From NCBI RefSeq assembly GCF_006345805.1, contig NC_043015.1, forward strand, positions 7,440,001 to 7,504,000: a stretch of DNA of 64,000 nt. Reading direction: 5' to 3'. The stretch is from Octopus sinensis. Its lineage: Eukaryota. A model generated the notes under the pieces. The model was not told the origin of the DNA. It did no database searches and saw only the letters and a list, made by a program, of their open reading frames with translations. The stretch's first letter is position 1. Each line of letters begins with the position of its first letter. This document shows, in pieces, positions 14,551 to 29,897 of the stretch. The position numbers and the translations under genes are program-made.

Positions 14551-16290
14551 ACGTTCAATTATGAGTACGTCATTATTTTCTTGGCTATAGATTTTTTTTT
14601 ATTAATTTTATTCTTCTGTTCGTGTTTTTATTTCTCTAAAGTGTGTTTCATTTTTCTATATCAACATTTTGCCCTTACTTGACAGTTTCCCATATCATTT
14701 ACATGTAACTGGATGGGCAACCATGTATATTTGTATAATAGTAAGAATGCTGACGCCACCAAAATGGATCTTATAATATATTAGACGGAATATATTACAG
14801 TTTGCGGTAGAAAATATGCACTTAATCTCAGCTTACAGAGAAGCCACTTCACTTTGTTGCCTAAAGTCAGGCTGTTTGGAAATGTGGATCTACTATCTTA
14901 AAAAGCTCCGCTGGCGTTATGATATATCAAAATACGCATTAGAAAGTTAAAACTTTCGTATATTTATGCGAAATGTATCACGTGCTAAAACGCCAATGTG
15001 CACACGCTCAAACATATATAATCGTATATACTTATGTAATTTCTTTGATACATGCAATAGCGTTTCTCCTGAAAATATATACACAGGCTGACACAGACGC
15101 ACAAGTATGTATGTATACATACATACATACATATATATATACATACATACATAAATACACAGTTTTGTTATAATGCATATGTGTGTGTGTGGTATATATA
15201 TATATGCATATATATATATACATATATGGGTATGTCTGTATATACATGTATATATTTATATATGTATGAATATTTACAAGCATATATGCATTTACGTATC
15301 TATATCTATATAAACACATATGTATATACAATCATTTACATTTATGTGTATGTATATATACACACATATACATATGTTTGTATATACTTTTCTGAGTGTA
15401 TACATATACACACCAACATATAAAAACATAATCTTCCCTTTCCAATTCATTTCCTGGTTTGTCAGTTATAGCAATGACACAAGCTGTGATTTCACGTCTC
15501 TTCCGGGAAATTATGCGTGTTTATCATGACATTTATTTCTCTCCAATGCATTAAAACTCAACATTCTTACTGTTCGTTAAAAACTTCTGATAAATACAAA
15601 TGTATATCAAAATAGCTTTCACGTCTTCCGTATTTATCAAATTTAAGAAGTATTAGGAAATCACTATAAATACAATAATATAATAATAACCCGTATAATT
15701 ACTCTTTCAGTATAACAAAGATAAATAATAGTGACGGTAATATTTCCTGTCAAGAAATCAGAAGCTATTAAAGAGGAAAACATATATAATTTTTGCTTAT
15801 ATGAGCACGGTGCATGCTTTGAATGGCGCATACATAATATCCTTTAGTGAGACGGAGATGAGAATATAGGTATTTTGTGTCATTTGTATAATGCATATTA
15901 CATAATGATCTCCTCAATGTCATCTATCCATAAGCAACTAATGGCTCTGAGGAGATCATTATATACTCCGCATTATTGCCACAAGAATAGTGATGTCATA
16001 CATGTCTTCATCCATTGTATTCGAGTTGTTACTGCACGATATAGAATCACTTTGCAACTGAGGAATAAATGTACTACTAGTAAATTCCTCCTTCTCTCGT
16101 TATATATTCCTTACGATGTATGATAGCATTCTCGATTTTCTGTTAATTATAAATAAATGTCTCCTGAGTAAATTATTCTTCATACATTCTCAGAAAGTCG
16201 ATGTTAACAGAGGTGCTGCATGCAGAGGTAAACATTTCTGATCATTTTCATTATATATACATATACATACATATATATTTCTATACATTC

Positions 16291-16532
16291 GCTGCTTTCT
16301 TCCAAGGAATCTCATGCTCTTAGCTTAATTTTTTCCTTGGGGCTGGCCAGATTGGAGGAATCTCGAGTAAAATTAGCTGAAATTGCGAAGATAATCTGGT
16401 ACTCGACTGAGGAAAGAAAACTTTGAATGACCTGTCTTGTTTTCTTTGTATCGTCTACCTGGATGTTTTGTTGTCCCATTTTTGTATCAACTAACTGTCC
16501 AGATGTTTTACGTTCTTGTTCCATTTTGCATT
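16291..16532 (+). mobile_element. ~240 bp TA-tract-flanked repeat, copy 1 (inverted homolog at 29611-29852); strand assignment tentative
   Basis: End-to-end reverse-complement similarity to 29611-29852 (ttcttccaaggaatct..atgctcttag..ggggctggccagattggag..ccattttgcatt). TA-rich flanks at both copies. Confidence 0.8.
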
Positions 16533-16765
16533 ATATATATATAAATGGAGTTTAACAGAGGTATAAATCGAATACTTTTACTTTCGACACATGTTTCGAA
16601 GATTTCACTGGTATTATTCAAAAGAATAAATGTTATAAAACAATGCAATCTTCTCTTGAGGGAAGTGAAAAAACGAAACACGTCAATAAGACATTTTAGC
16701 AAAATATGATGGATATGTATAGTGACTTACTCAACGCTATTAATATTGTTTGAGAAAACGTTATA

Positions 16766-16812
<47 letters not shown>

Positions 16813-18887
16813 ATATACACATACACACGGGCACGCATATATACACAGTTTCTGCCCCCTTCTCTCTCTCTGATATATAATGTTCTAATAAGGGTATTAT
16901 CTAACCGTGCATCTGAGAATTCAAAGTGTTAATCTATCATGTCCTTCACGTTGATTTCTTGATGTTCTTTTATTTATGAAATGAAGAAGCAATTTAAAGA
17001 CTTATTTTGACAGGGTACCATATAAAAGAAATTATTCATATTGTCACAACTTGTCCATAGCTGTGTCAGCAAATGTTGGTTTGTTAAATCTTGTCACCGA
17101 AATTTCATTAAACTTAATAATATCAATATATAAATATTCACTGTTGCTGTGTAAGGAAACAAAACCTATATGAATATTTACTCAAGTAAATATTCATTTC
17201 ATAGAAGTAAATATTCATATTGAAATGTTGAGATAGATTTGGAATCAGTAATATGACACACAATGCGTCCTGTTCTGATTCGTATTCAGATCCTCAATTC
17301 CGTATTCTTAACAGATGCCATAAACCTTTAATCTATTCATCCCATTATCACTTCTGAGTTTTATGAAATATGGATTACACATTTACAATTTTATAGATCT
17401 TAATAAATAATTCACAGATAATGTCATTTGGAATCAGAAGTTTAAATTAAGTAACGTGCTAAATAATGATCTATTCTAGATGAATATATATATATATATA
17501 TACACATATACATGTATATAAATATATATATACACATATATACATGTATATAAATATATATACACATATATACATGTATATGAATATATATATATACATA
17601 TATATATATACATGTATACACATGTATATGAATATATATATATACATATATATATATATACATGTATATGAATGTATATATAAATCTATACATACATATA
17701 TATCCATATATATACATATGTATGGATATACATATAAAATATATATATATAGGTAGATAGATAATAAATGAATATATATGTGCGTGTTTGTGTGTGTGTT
17801 TATGCGTGTGTGTCGTTTCCTATGTAGAATAGTGAATTAGATGTTATGATGACAATTTCATCGATCCAAATATAACAATATTTATTTTATCAATACCACA
17901 TTCTACAAAAGCAAATCAATGCCGTTAGAAGTCAAACATTCGCTTATGAAGGACGAAAGCTAAACATTTCAAGGCATTTTTTTCGATGCTCTAGTGCGCC
18001 TACATCAACTTAGTATGCATCATAATTTCAGACGTACATCTATTTATTGATTCGTCTGTCTTTGTTCTGACATTATTTATGCTTACGTTTTCTAGTAGGG
18101 CCTTATCTTTTTAAGGAGGAAATTTGCGAGATATTGGACTTATATAGGCATGTGAACCAGCTACTAATTGGACTTTCGTTTCCGGGGTGATCACTGCTAA
18201 TTTTATAATTTTGCATAGATAGAGGTTGTTTGGTATTAGGGAACTCTGATTTGATAAATGAACTGAGTGGCGATGCTAAAACCATGACCATCGTGTGCTT
18301 ACTGAAGGAGACTACATCAGCCTTTACTCTCTTGAAACAGCAACAGGGTTGGATGTTTTTTAATCATAAAGAGCGACTGCATACAAGCTTCTCTTGCTGG
18401 ATTTTTTTTATTAATTACTCATTGCCTTAGACACATCGGCATCTGTAAACCATATCCCGTATAAAATTATGCTTAGAGATAATATGAGCCACCTACCACA
18501 TAAAAAATGGCTGCTGCTGTGTTAATACTCGACGGAGCTACAGACTGACGCCAAAATCCCAGGCAATCATGTGTCAAACCAAAACGAAGAACTGAACTCA
18601 ATCTGTAAAGCACTCCGCAGACTGGCAGCGAAGGGGCGCCAGCATCCTGCCAACATCCTGTCCTGGCATGGAGGCGGAGACAAAGAAAATAGCTGATGTC
18701 GCATTCGTAGCCTTAATAACTCGTGACCTGAGCTATTCAATGGAAGACTCGCATGTAAAAATCTACCTCGAATCCGTATCAAATCTCGCATTCCTCTCTT
18801 TCTAGACGATGATTTGAACGCAACTTACATGTCCGAGTATATTAAAGTCATATGGAGCTGAAACAAACTGTTATGAATATATGTATG

Positions 18888-18919
<32 letters not shown>

Positions 18920-18934
18920 CTATATATATATATA

Positions 18935-18972
<38 letters not shown>

Positions 18973-18974
<2 letters not shown>

Positions 18975-19140
18975 GTGTGCTATAAAAAGATCATTTTCAT
19001 AGCGTTGTTCCGAAGGCCGGATAAATAAAGAGATGGCGGCGTGAATTTCTACCTCGGCATCCGAAACTCGGAGTTTTATCATGGTTACCGAATAATTGTC
19101 ACATATTACATTTACAGATAAATTCCTCTATTTACATAAT
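18973..19140 (+). mobile_element. Short element between two (TA)n tracts, with a degenerate hammerhead-like fold
   Basis: GC-richer island starting immediately after a (TA)n tract; contains gataa...gatg..catc-cgaaactcggagtt-ttatc. Single copy in the window. Confidence 0.45.
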
Positions 19141-19202
19141 ATCGAGGTCTCCTTTCTTTTGTTATCTTACCTTTTTTATCAATATATATATATATATATT
19201 GG

Positions 19203-19400
19203 TGGTAGAATTGTTAGCACGCTCGACAAAATGCTTTTAACGGCTTTCAACTGGTCGTTATGTTCTGCGTTGAAATTCCGTCGACATCAACTCGCCTTCT
19301 TCCTTTCGGAGCCAATAAAATATGTACCAGCTAGTGCAGAAGTTAACGTAATAGATTTAACCACTGCTCCGAAATTGCAGGGCTTGTGCTAAAATTTGAT
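19203..19400 (+). mobile_element. SINE family B, degraded
   Basis: tggtagaattgttagcacgc..aaaatgct..gttctgcgttgaaattccg..cctttcggag..aataaaatatgtaccag is similar to 42726-42940. Confidence 0.65.
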
Positions 19401-20086
19401 ACCGATTTTAAAACTAATTTGTCCTGACATCAGCAAGTAATATACGGTGTTTGAAATTTTAGCAATACATATATATATATATATGATATACTACTCATAT
19501 AATGCTTAAATACACCTGCAAGTACACAAACATTCTTGTATTTAGGGAATTTAGAGTAATGAACTCTTTGCGGAGATAAATTAAAAAACAATTCTATGAT
19601 ACATTTAAAAGTAAACAACAAAAAGCATACATTTAAGTAAGTTATTTGAGAGACCGGGGGTGGGGAGAACAGTGTAGAGGGTAGGAGTGATTATCGCAGG
19701 TAATTTCTTGTATCTTCTGCTTTGCACTTTCCCAGTAAGAGATATATACAAGGTTCGAATTACATCTGAGGCATACTTTTCTTTCTCTCCCCCCCCCTTT
19801 TCTAAGGAGTTGCTGAAAATAGTGTTTATGATCTTAGCAATTACTTCGTAAATAATTTTGTTCATGGAGTTTTCCAAGGTATCATAATATAAAGTTCAAA
19901 GAGCTCACTATGTTGTGAATTAGAGAATGGAATTTTTCTTCTACTATGATAACTAACAATCCAATTACTGTATAAATATATCATAAATTATAAAGAAGTG
20001 AATAAGAAATTTATCGAATATCATGTATCATACCACTAATTCATTACATACGTACGTTAACTAATGATAAACAAGCCAACGAAGGA

Positions 20087-20310
20087 GGCCACTTGACCTA
20101 CTATGAATATCAGCCTAATCTACCTTAAACACACATACATCAACACATTTTCTTGTTTTACGCAATGAAGATAACATTTGATATTGTAGCTGTAAATGAA
20201 CTAACTATATTTAAAAATAAGACAGGGTAGTAACAAATGCAACACCCTCGTACAGAGATGAATTCAGTGATTGTTGATCTGGTGTTAAAGAACTACAATC
20301 ATAACAACCA
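20087..20310 (+). mobile_element. Old, degraded SINE-like repeat (family D)
   Basis: ggccacttgacctacta..atcagcctaatctaccttaaa...tgatctggtgttaaa..acaac tail; weak match to the reverse complement of 11263-11440. Confidence 0.35.
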
Positions 20311-23300
20311 CAAAAATCATCGCTTTCATTTCAGAAACTGATACTGTGAAAAAAAAAGAGAAGCAAAATAGTTATCTCTATCCGTTCATTAAATGAAAGT
20401 GTTTGTTTATTCAACAAATTTACTTAGTTAAGTAAAAGAGTAGAAACCGAGGAAATAAATGTTGTTATGTGTAGTCAAAAAGTCCTACAAATATTCAGAT
20501 GTTTTGAAAATCGATGTTTCATGTCGTGACAAAAAGACACCTGACGTTTTGCACTATCGAACATCGCGTGAGAAAAATCGAAAGGATGAGAGACAGTATA
20601 ACTATATGTATAGTCACTCGTCTGGAAAATTGAGGATGAGAAAGATAGAAGGGAGAAAGTAGAGTCAATAGCTTGGAAAGGACTGGAGAAAATGGATGGA
20701 GAACCAGTCTTTCCTGTTCTATATTTATATCTTCTCCATTTCCACCGTCCTTACTGCGATTTTCTCCAAACAATTTAGGTCAATCTTAACAAATCTAGTT
20801 CCTCTGAATTCCCTTTATAGTCAAGACATTTTGATAATTCTTCTTTATAAGCACACCTCAATGGAAATCCTTCTCCCCGCCCCATTACGATGCTGTTTAC
20901 AACTTTCTTGCCGTTTGATTATTATTTTCTCCATCATCATCTCTTTATCCTCAGACAAAGTACTCTCCTATCACCTACATTAACCACCTGCGCTCATTAT
21001 TTCCATTAATCAGTAGTTTACTATTTCATTGAATACTCTATTACATAATATACTGCAAGTCTCCCACTATATTTACGCGACTATCTTCACTAACCACACC
21101 ATCTCATACATTCTTATTCTCTCTCCATCTCTATCTCTCTTCACATCTTCTTCTAAGCCCTGGCTTCATTCACGACTTATTTAATATTCTATACGTAATT
21201 TTGCAGTATTTTGACTAGATTACGATTACCAAATACTTTTCTCACTTTGTTAAACTTCGCATCGTTCACACTGAATAGAATATTTGTGAAAAATATTTGT
21301 ATTACTTATAGCAACAAAATTATGAAAATGAAAGGACTTCAATCAACCGTCAGAACCAATAAGCCGGTAAACAATAATCCCAAAGTCTGTCTTTTATGAA
21401 CAGGCATACCCCCACACACGCGCACACCTTTGCACATGCACGCAAACACATTGCACACACATGCATACATACCCCGCACTCTCTCTCACACACAGTCTCA
21501 CACATTTATATGGATAAACATTAAAAATACCGTCTGGGTTCTTCTGAAAATAATTATAGAAACAAATAATTACACACACGAATATGTTCACACATTTTGA
21601 AGATTGAAATATTGAAATGCTATAGAGCAACAAACATCTTATGTATTCATTTTTTATATTAATTAATTGCACATCTTCAATTATATTGATTAAATTTAGA
21701 ATCTGTTGAAGAAGAATTAATTATATTCTAAGGAGCATTTTGTTTTCGAAGTACATAGAAAACGAGAATATTTATCCGTTGTTTTTTTCTTCGCTTTAGG
21801 TTTTAATCATGTGCACTTGATGGTCTTTAAAAGTAATCTAGCAAAAATGGCCGACAATGTACGTGGTGCTAAAAAAATATACTTATTTATTGAAAATGTA
21901 CTGAATAGCTTAAAGTAGTATTATATGCGTTTATTAATTTCACAAGAACACCATTTTTTCTAATAACATCTTAACTTCTGGTACATAAGTGTTTAATAAT
22001 ATTTTCTAGATGCTTATAATGTATGAAAAAATGAAAAGTATCAACACTATTTCAATATTTATACAATAACTAATTCACATATAAAGTGTTCTTTGACGAG
22101 TAATGTTCGAATGTTTGATAGCTTGACTCTTGTCAGCTGACACATCTAAGGAAAATTTCCTGTCATACGTTAATAAAATGTACAGTTGTGAGCCAATATT
22201 GCAATACGTACCTAAAAATCTATTTAAAGATAACCATATGAGTTGGTTATATTTTTCTTTCATGTGATAAATAAGGTGATCAGTCTAAGATACACAGCAT
22301 GGAAGTGAAAATTTCAATAGCTCCTAAATGAATTAGGCCAGAATAGCAGATGCAACAAGATTATGTAAAAATATAGAGCATATAGTATTAAGTAATAAAT
22401 ATAAAGAAAGAGATAATACAACAACTACATAACAAATATGTGAGAAAAGTTGATACAGAATTACTTGAAAGTTATGAAGTGAAATGTGTCGCATAATTTC
22501 TTTCTTGTTAATATCTCAAATACAGTAATTGTGTAGTATTCACCAAAAAGGTTAAATTCTCATATTTTCTAAAGAGCAAAAATTATTAGAGCACATTCAC
22601 AATATTTAATGATAAGGCAGAATTTTGAAGAAGAAAATAAGAATATATATTTAATGGGAATAAATATATAGCTTACTTTATTTCATATGCTTTTGAACAT
22701 TTTCTCAGTGAAGTAATTAATTGGACCATATCTATAACTGCAAAAGTTCGTATTAAATATTGTTCACTTACGTTTTTTTATACTTATAATTGCTTATTAA
22801 TTACTATATTGATAAAACCATCTGTTATTGGTTAATATGTAGTGCAATAAAAAAGAATATTAAGAAAAATAACGTTGAAATAATGAACTGAATTATTAGC
22901 TTCATTCAAAATTACATATCTCCCATAGAAGAACAATTTTTCTAAAAAATTTCTAAACACTTCTATTTTCTCCCTTCAATTCCAACTATTATACTGCAAC
23001 ATTTTATGTCTTTCATTTCTGATGCGTAGAAGTAACCTTCACCTCCAAATAAACGTTTATGAGGGATGTAGGAAATATATTTTGAAGTACATCTAACTGA
23101 ACGGAATGGGCCATGGTCAGCTTTCCTGGCAGCATTTATATGTAATATTTCATTATGTAAAATATATTTTAATTACATGTATAAAACTTCAATTAAGCAA
23201 AGATATGTGAATTTAGGATACAGTGTATAACAAGTTGCAGGTGTAAGAATGAAAATAAATCAACTCGTTTATATAATGAATGTCACTCATTTTACGACTG

Positions 23301-23477
23301 AAAAAATATTTTAAGTGATATTTGGCAGCTAATTTTTGAGGTGTATTTTATGAATTGCTTCGCTGTGCCCCGCAGTAATATAATTTATAGCGTTTCAAGT
23401 TGATATTTCATAAAATGTCAATTAATTTCTTAATATCACTTCAATATTAAATCCCGTCTGTACAATCTTTATCTATG

Positions 23478-24570
<1,093 letters not shown>

Positions 24571-25251
24571 AGTATGCGTATGGAAGTTTGTGTGTAAAAA
24601 TATGTATACACACACTTGTGCGCGCGCGCAAATATATCAGAATCTTTTCAAGAAATTTATGCTAATCCTCGAGTAAACAAAAAAAATCATACGTGGATGT
24701 TTTCATTTCTTCTTTAAATTCATTTACTAAAGATAAACAAAAAATGAGTAGCAAATGTCAAGGCAGGCTCAAGCAATTATTAACGCTCAAAGAGCAGAGA
24801 CTAGAAAGTTTGATGTATTGTATAGGTTTACAGGTGAGAATGCAGGTGATAATTATACGAGTGTCACTGAGAATTTCATCTGGTCATGAGTACTTTATGT
24901 ATAGAGAAACGGATTTCAAAACGTTTCATATACTGAAACTATTTACCAATAGTGTGTTAAAATTCTTAGTAATACACGTAGTAAGTATTAGATTGTTGTT
25001 CGTTTCGAATTTCCCATTTATTTAAATGTCGAGCATGTTTATAATAACTGAAATTCTGGTTGGCAGCACTCGTTGTTCTCAGTGTATCCGGATTATAAGG
25101 AGCCATTCATATTTGTTAAAAGAAACCTTATTATATGAGAGTTGTTTAACTGTTTTTTCTAAGATATTGGACAACTCCATAGACGATACTTCATTTAAAC
25201 AATCCTTCAGTTAATGCACTCTGAATCCATTTCCTATAAATAATATTAATT

Positions 25252-25418
25252 CAGGAGTGGCTGTGAGGTAAGTAGCTTGCTAACCAACCACATGGTTCCG
25301 GGTTCAGTCCCACTGCGTGGCATCTTGGGCAAGTGTCTTCTGCTATAGCCCCAGGCCGACTAATGCCTTGTGAGTGAATTTGGTAGACGGAAACTAAAAG
25401 AAGCATGTCGTATATATG

Positions 25419-25449
<31 letters not shown>

Positions 25450-25651
25450 TTGTGTGTCTGTGTTTGTCCCCCTAGAATTGCTTGACAACCGATGCTGGTG
25501 TGTTTACGTCACCGTCACTTAGCAGTTCGGCAAAGGAGACCGATAGAATAAGTACTGGGCTTACAAAGAATAAGTCCCGGGGTCGATTTGCTCGACTAAA
25601 GGCGGTGCTCCAGCATGGCCGCAGTCAAATGACTGAAACAAGTAAAAGAGT
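25252..25651 (+). mobile_element. SINE family A, full length, near consensus
   Basis: caggagtggctgtgaggtaagtagcttgc..ccgggttcagtcccactgcgtggc..cagcatggccgcagtcaaatgactgaaacaagtaaaagagt. Confidence 0.92.
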
Positions 25652-26078
25652 TTGGAAAATTTTAGGGGAACTATAAGTAAATGAAGAATCACCCAATGTA
25701 CAATGATAACGAAGGAAATTTAATTATCACCGGCCGATTGGTAAAATCATTTTTGAGCCTAAATAACACTGCGCTTCGCTGTTCGACTCAAGTTTCTGTG
25801 TCGAAACTATAAGTAACTGTCAGGTAACAAGGTCTGTATGATGAATATGCCGGAATCTCAAGCTTTATATATACAATAAATAAATAAAGAAATTAAAAAC
25901 AGAAAAAAAAATCTATTTTTTTTTGGCAGCAAGGACAACTCTGATGATGAATTATGAGCTTGGAATGGGAATAAAAAAACAATTTAGAGAAATTGTGTAC
26001 TACAAATTATAGAAAATGCTATATCAATAACAAAAAAAACAAAAAATGAAACACGAAAACCATCACACTCTATCAAGA

Positions 26079-26178
26079 TAATAATAATAATAATATTAAT
26101 AATAAAATTAATAATAATAACAACAACAATAATAATACTAACAACAATAATAGTAATAACAATAATAACAATAATAAC

Positions 26179-26228
<50 letters not shown>

Positions 26229-26240
26229 TAATAATAATAA
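26079..26240. repeat. (AAT)n/(AAC)n microsatellite
   Basis: Direct reading. Confidence 0.95.
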
Positions 26241-26880
26241 TTTCAGCGCAAAATCACTAACACCTTAGAAAATATACACAAAATTGCACTTTAACGTAAT
26301 GGAGTAATTATCCGAAAAAAAAAACAAAAAAAACATATGTGTACGCATGCATAAACAACTTTGCCTTCTCAATCTCTATCAAAATCCATAGAGTGTACAA
26401 ATGCTTTCAGAACACATTTAAAAAAGAAAAAAAAACGCCTAGAATACTAAGGAATCCACAATTCAATATATATTGGCAAATGTTTGTTAGACATTTATAA
26501 GGTAACTCATCAGAGAAGACTTAATACTTGATGGATGGTGATAAAATATAAGATGACTGAAAATAAATCTCACTATATATTGTTTATTTTCATCAATGAC
26601 AAATTATAGATATACATTGATCATGACAGACATGACATTGATTGATTAAAGAAACAATGCTTATATGGCCATAGTTATTTATAATTCATTCACACTCTGA
26701 TGCGAAGAATAAATACGTAAAATATAGATAAGTTTTCGTCACGAACTTTAAGACATCTAGGCAATAATGTTTTCGTTAATGGAACAAGTATTCATATATT
26801 CAAAAGATTCATGGCTTTCCATAATTTTGTAATAACGCAGACGGCTTCTACAGACCCACACACCACACCACTAAGACAAT

Positions 26881-26922
<42 letters not shown>

Positions 26923-27994
26923 AAGGCAGTTATATCTGCTCACGCGCGTATAAATCAGTCTTTGTTTATATGTTCAGTTATGGTAACATACATTCTACAT
27001 AAAGCTGAAGGATTACTCCGTAATTCTGTAGAGTAAAAATTTATTATTCTTTGACAAAAATACTATTGAGAGTAACTTAGAAATTTCAGCCAGCTAACCC
27101 AACTGCAGATGATAATATATCATAAAAGTGATACATTAGAAACGGTATTTAAAGACATTTGTAAAAACATACGCAACACACCCTGCATCCCTAAAACACA
27201 AAGGTTAAAATTTCTACATCTTACTTGAATTGCTTATAAAACAGCAAATCCCTACTGAGAAATATTCTAACAACAAAATTTACGCCTTCACACAAAGTTT
27301 TGTGAACATCAATGCACAAGATTAAATAATTTCTATGCTTATAACACCATGGTGTGCTCGATTAATAACCTTCACCTTCCAAATACAAGCAAGAAATAAC
27401 CTAAATAGTATTAAAAAATAATACTCACTGACCAGCTAAAACATACTTCCGACTAATATGCTTTTGTGACCCACTAAAAATTCCATTACAAAAGAAGCTG
27501 ATATACCCGATTACTCGGTGTTTGAATGGTGGATTAAATTTTGAAATCTGATCTTTACATTCCCAAAGCAAACGATTAAATCCAATAAACCGAAAATAAC
27601 AAAAAACTTAATTTACATTCGCTGACAAATTAACTTCCAACACCTAACTACTTCCTTTTTGTAAATCACAAAATAAATAAATAAGTAAAACAAAAAAAAC
27701 TATGACTTGAAGCTGACACCTAAATGTACACACATGTTTACAATGTTCTACACGCGTGAATAAATTGTAAGCAATAACAATACCGAATTGTATCAATAAA
27801 AATGTCACCACAATACATCTCAATCACTACCCAACTTACAACTTAATTACTATTCAACTGAACCCCACAAATCCAGAAATATATTTTCTCTACAGAGACT
27901 ATACAAAGCCAAGTTTAAGTAAATACATCACAGTTCGATGATTGCTTAGCTGGACAAAACATCGAAATCACTATCAATCCTATTATTGTTAAAG

Positions 27995-28054
<60 letters not shown>

Positions 28055-28189
28055 TATTGATGAAGCCGAAATGATCTCAGAAATCGTTGCGCAGTGTTTT
28101 AAGACAGTTTGAAAATCAAATGAAGTGAAACTATGAATAACAGTTTCTGAAGTGTTTCCAACTTCAATTGAATAATATTTTAGAGAGAG

Positions 28190-28650
28190 AGATAGTGGCC
28201 ATGGGTACGAGAATGGGCCCCAACTATGCAACCTTCTTCGTTGGCTACGTTGAGGCCCAAATATTCTCAAGTTTCACTGGCCCTACTCCCGAACTATACG
28301 GCCGTTACATTGACGACTGCATCGGTGCGACCTCACTCTCCCGCAAACATCTAGACTCCTTCCTCTCGTTTGTCAAATCTGTCCAGTCTGCTCTCCTTTT
28401 CTTTTGCACTATCCCTGACACCTTTGTCTCCTTTCTTGACATTTCGGTCACCATTCTTCACTCCACTCCCACCACCTCCATCCACTACAAACACAGACTC
28501 ACACTCATAACTCAACTTCTCCACCTCCCACCCAAAACATACCAAGCTTCCCATCCCCTATTCCTATTCATCCATCTACGCAGGCTCTGTAGAGAAGACC
28601 GTGACTTTGAGACTCAGTCTCAACTCATGGCTCACCACTTCATCCTCTGA
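28190..28650 (+). mobile_element. Penelope-like element reverse transcriptase fragment (Neptune-like), pseudogenic
   Basis: ORF 28168-28650 contains VAMGTRMGPNYATFFVGYVE, YGRYIDDCIGAT (catalytic YxDD), VSFLDISVTI, TTSIHYK and LRRLCREDRDF. These are PLE RT/thumb motifs (AMG..MGPxYA, RYIDD, FLD, T.Y.KPT, RLRRLCS...DF). Truncated at both ends. Confidence 0.85.
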
Positions 28651-29610
28651 ACCAATACTAATGGTTCCTATTTTTGGTAAAATGCCTGCACATTTTAGAA
28701 AAGTGTTTATGCAATTAAAGCTATCCAGCATCAATCTGGTAATTAAATTATTGTTCTCGGAAGGATGAAAGACAAAAATGCACAATTTAACATCAATACA
28801 ATAAAAGCAATATGTGCAGTAGATTGTGTAGTTGCAAAGAATATAGGTTGCATATGTATAGGAAACCCCGAACAAACAAGATTGAAACAATCTGACATAA
28901 AAATAATATAAGATGTTGTTAATCCTTTAGGAAATCGATAACGAAAACACGACTAAATGAAAATAAGGAGAAGAAACATGATATAACATAAAATATAAAT
29001 CCGAAATCAACAAATGCCTGAAACATGTTATGCTCGTTAAATTGCAATGAATCTGTCGTATGAAAAGCAACAACGATTCTTTATAATATTCAAAACATTT
29101 GGCTACAACTATAAATGAATTCATCAAGAAATACGCGAGAATAAAATAGAAGTAAATCCAGCTCCAATAACAAGGGGAGTTGAAGATTTCGGGGAGTATG
29201 AAAAGAAAGTGTTGTTTCAAATCAAATAAAGATATCAGATGAAAGTTCAGATACATTTAGCACGTCAGGATTAAGCCGCCACATAAAACACGTCATGACT
29301 TCATGTACTTTTAGTTTCGCAATTTACGACATAACTGTCTCCAATATGCTTAAGGGCAGATGCTTTGCTAGTACCATTTCTGTTACCGTACGCATGCCCA
29401 CGCATACAATTATATATGTGTGTGCATCTCGGTGTACCTCACTCAGTTTGGTTTATTTCAGATATGTGGAAACACATCGTACAATAGCGCGTTAGGCATG
29501 CAAGTTTTATCCCAGTTTAACATATTACGGCTGATTTTCAATATATATATATATATATAATATATATATATATAATATATATATATATATGTATGTATGT
29601 ATGTATATAA

Positions 29611-29852
29611 AATGCAAAATGGGACAATAACGCAAAACATCCGGTCAACTACGTGATACAAAGAAGGACAACAAAACATCCAGATAGACGGTACAAAGAA
29701 AACAAGAACAGGTCATTCGAAGTTTTCTATCTTCAGTCAAGAACCAGATTATCCTTGCAATTTCGGCTGATCATTCTAGAGATTACTCCAATCTGGCCAG
29801 CCCCAACGAAAAAACTAAACTAAGAGCATTAGATTCCTTGGAAGAAAACATC
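29611..29852 (-). mobile_element. ~240 bp TA-tract-flanked repeat, copy 2 (homolog of 16291-16532)
   Basis: Reverse complement aligns end to end with 16291-16532. TA-rich microsatellite on both sides. Confidence 0.8.

Positions 29853-29897
<45 letters not shown>

Noticed and set aside
18510-18830. GC-richer block that could be an exon or LINE ORF1
   Set aside because: No long open frame, recognisable motif or clear splice pair.
20700-21180. Pyrimidine-biased block, possibly a minus-strand LINE RT
   Set aside because: Too decayed; no diagnostic motif recoverable by eye.
25482-25676. Recurrent peptides such as MTTDAGVFTSP.., RLPNPLTRLWS.., RPRKDERQSRP.. at several loci
   Set aside because: Incidental reading frames of SINE families A and B, not a protein family.
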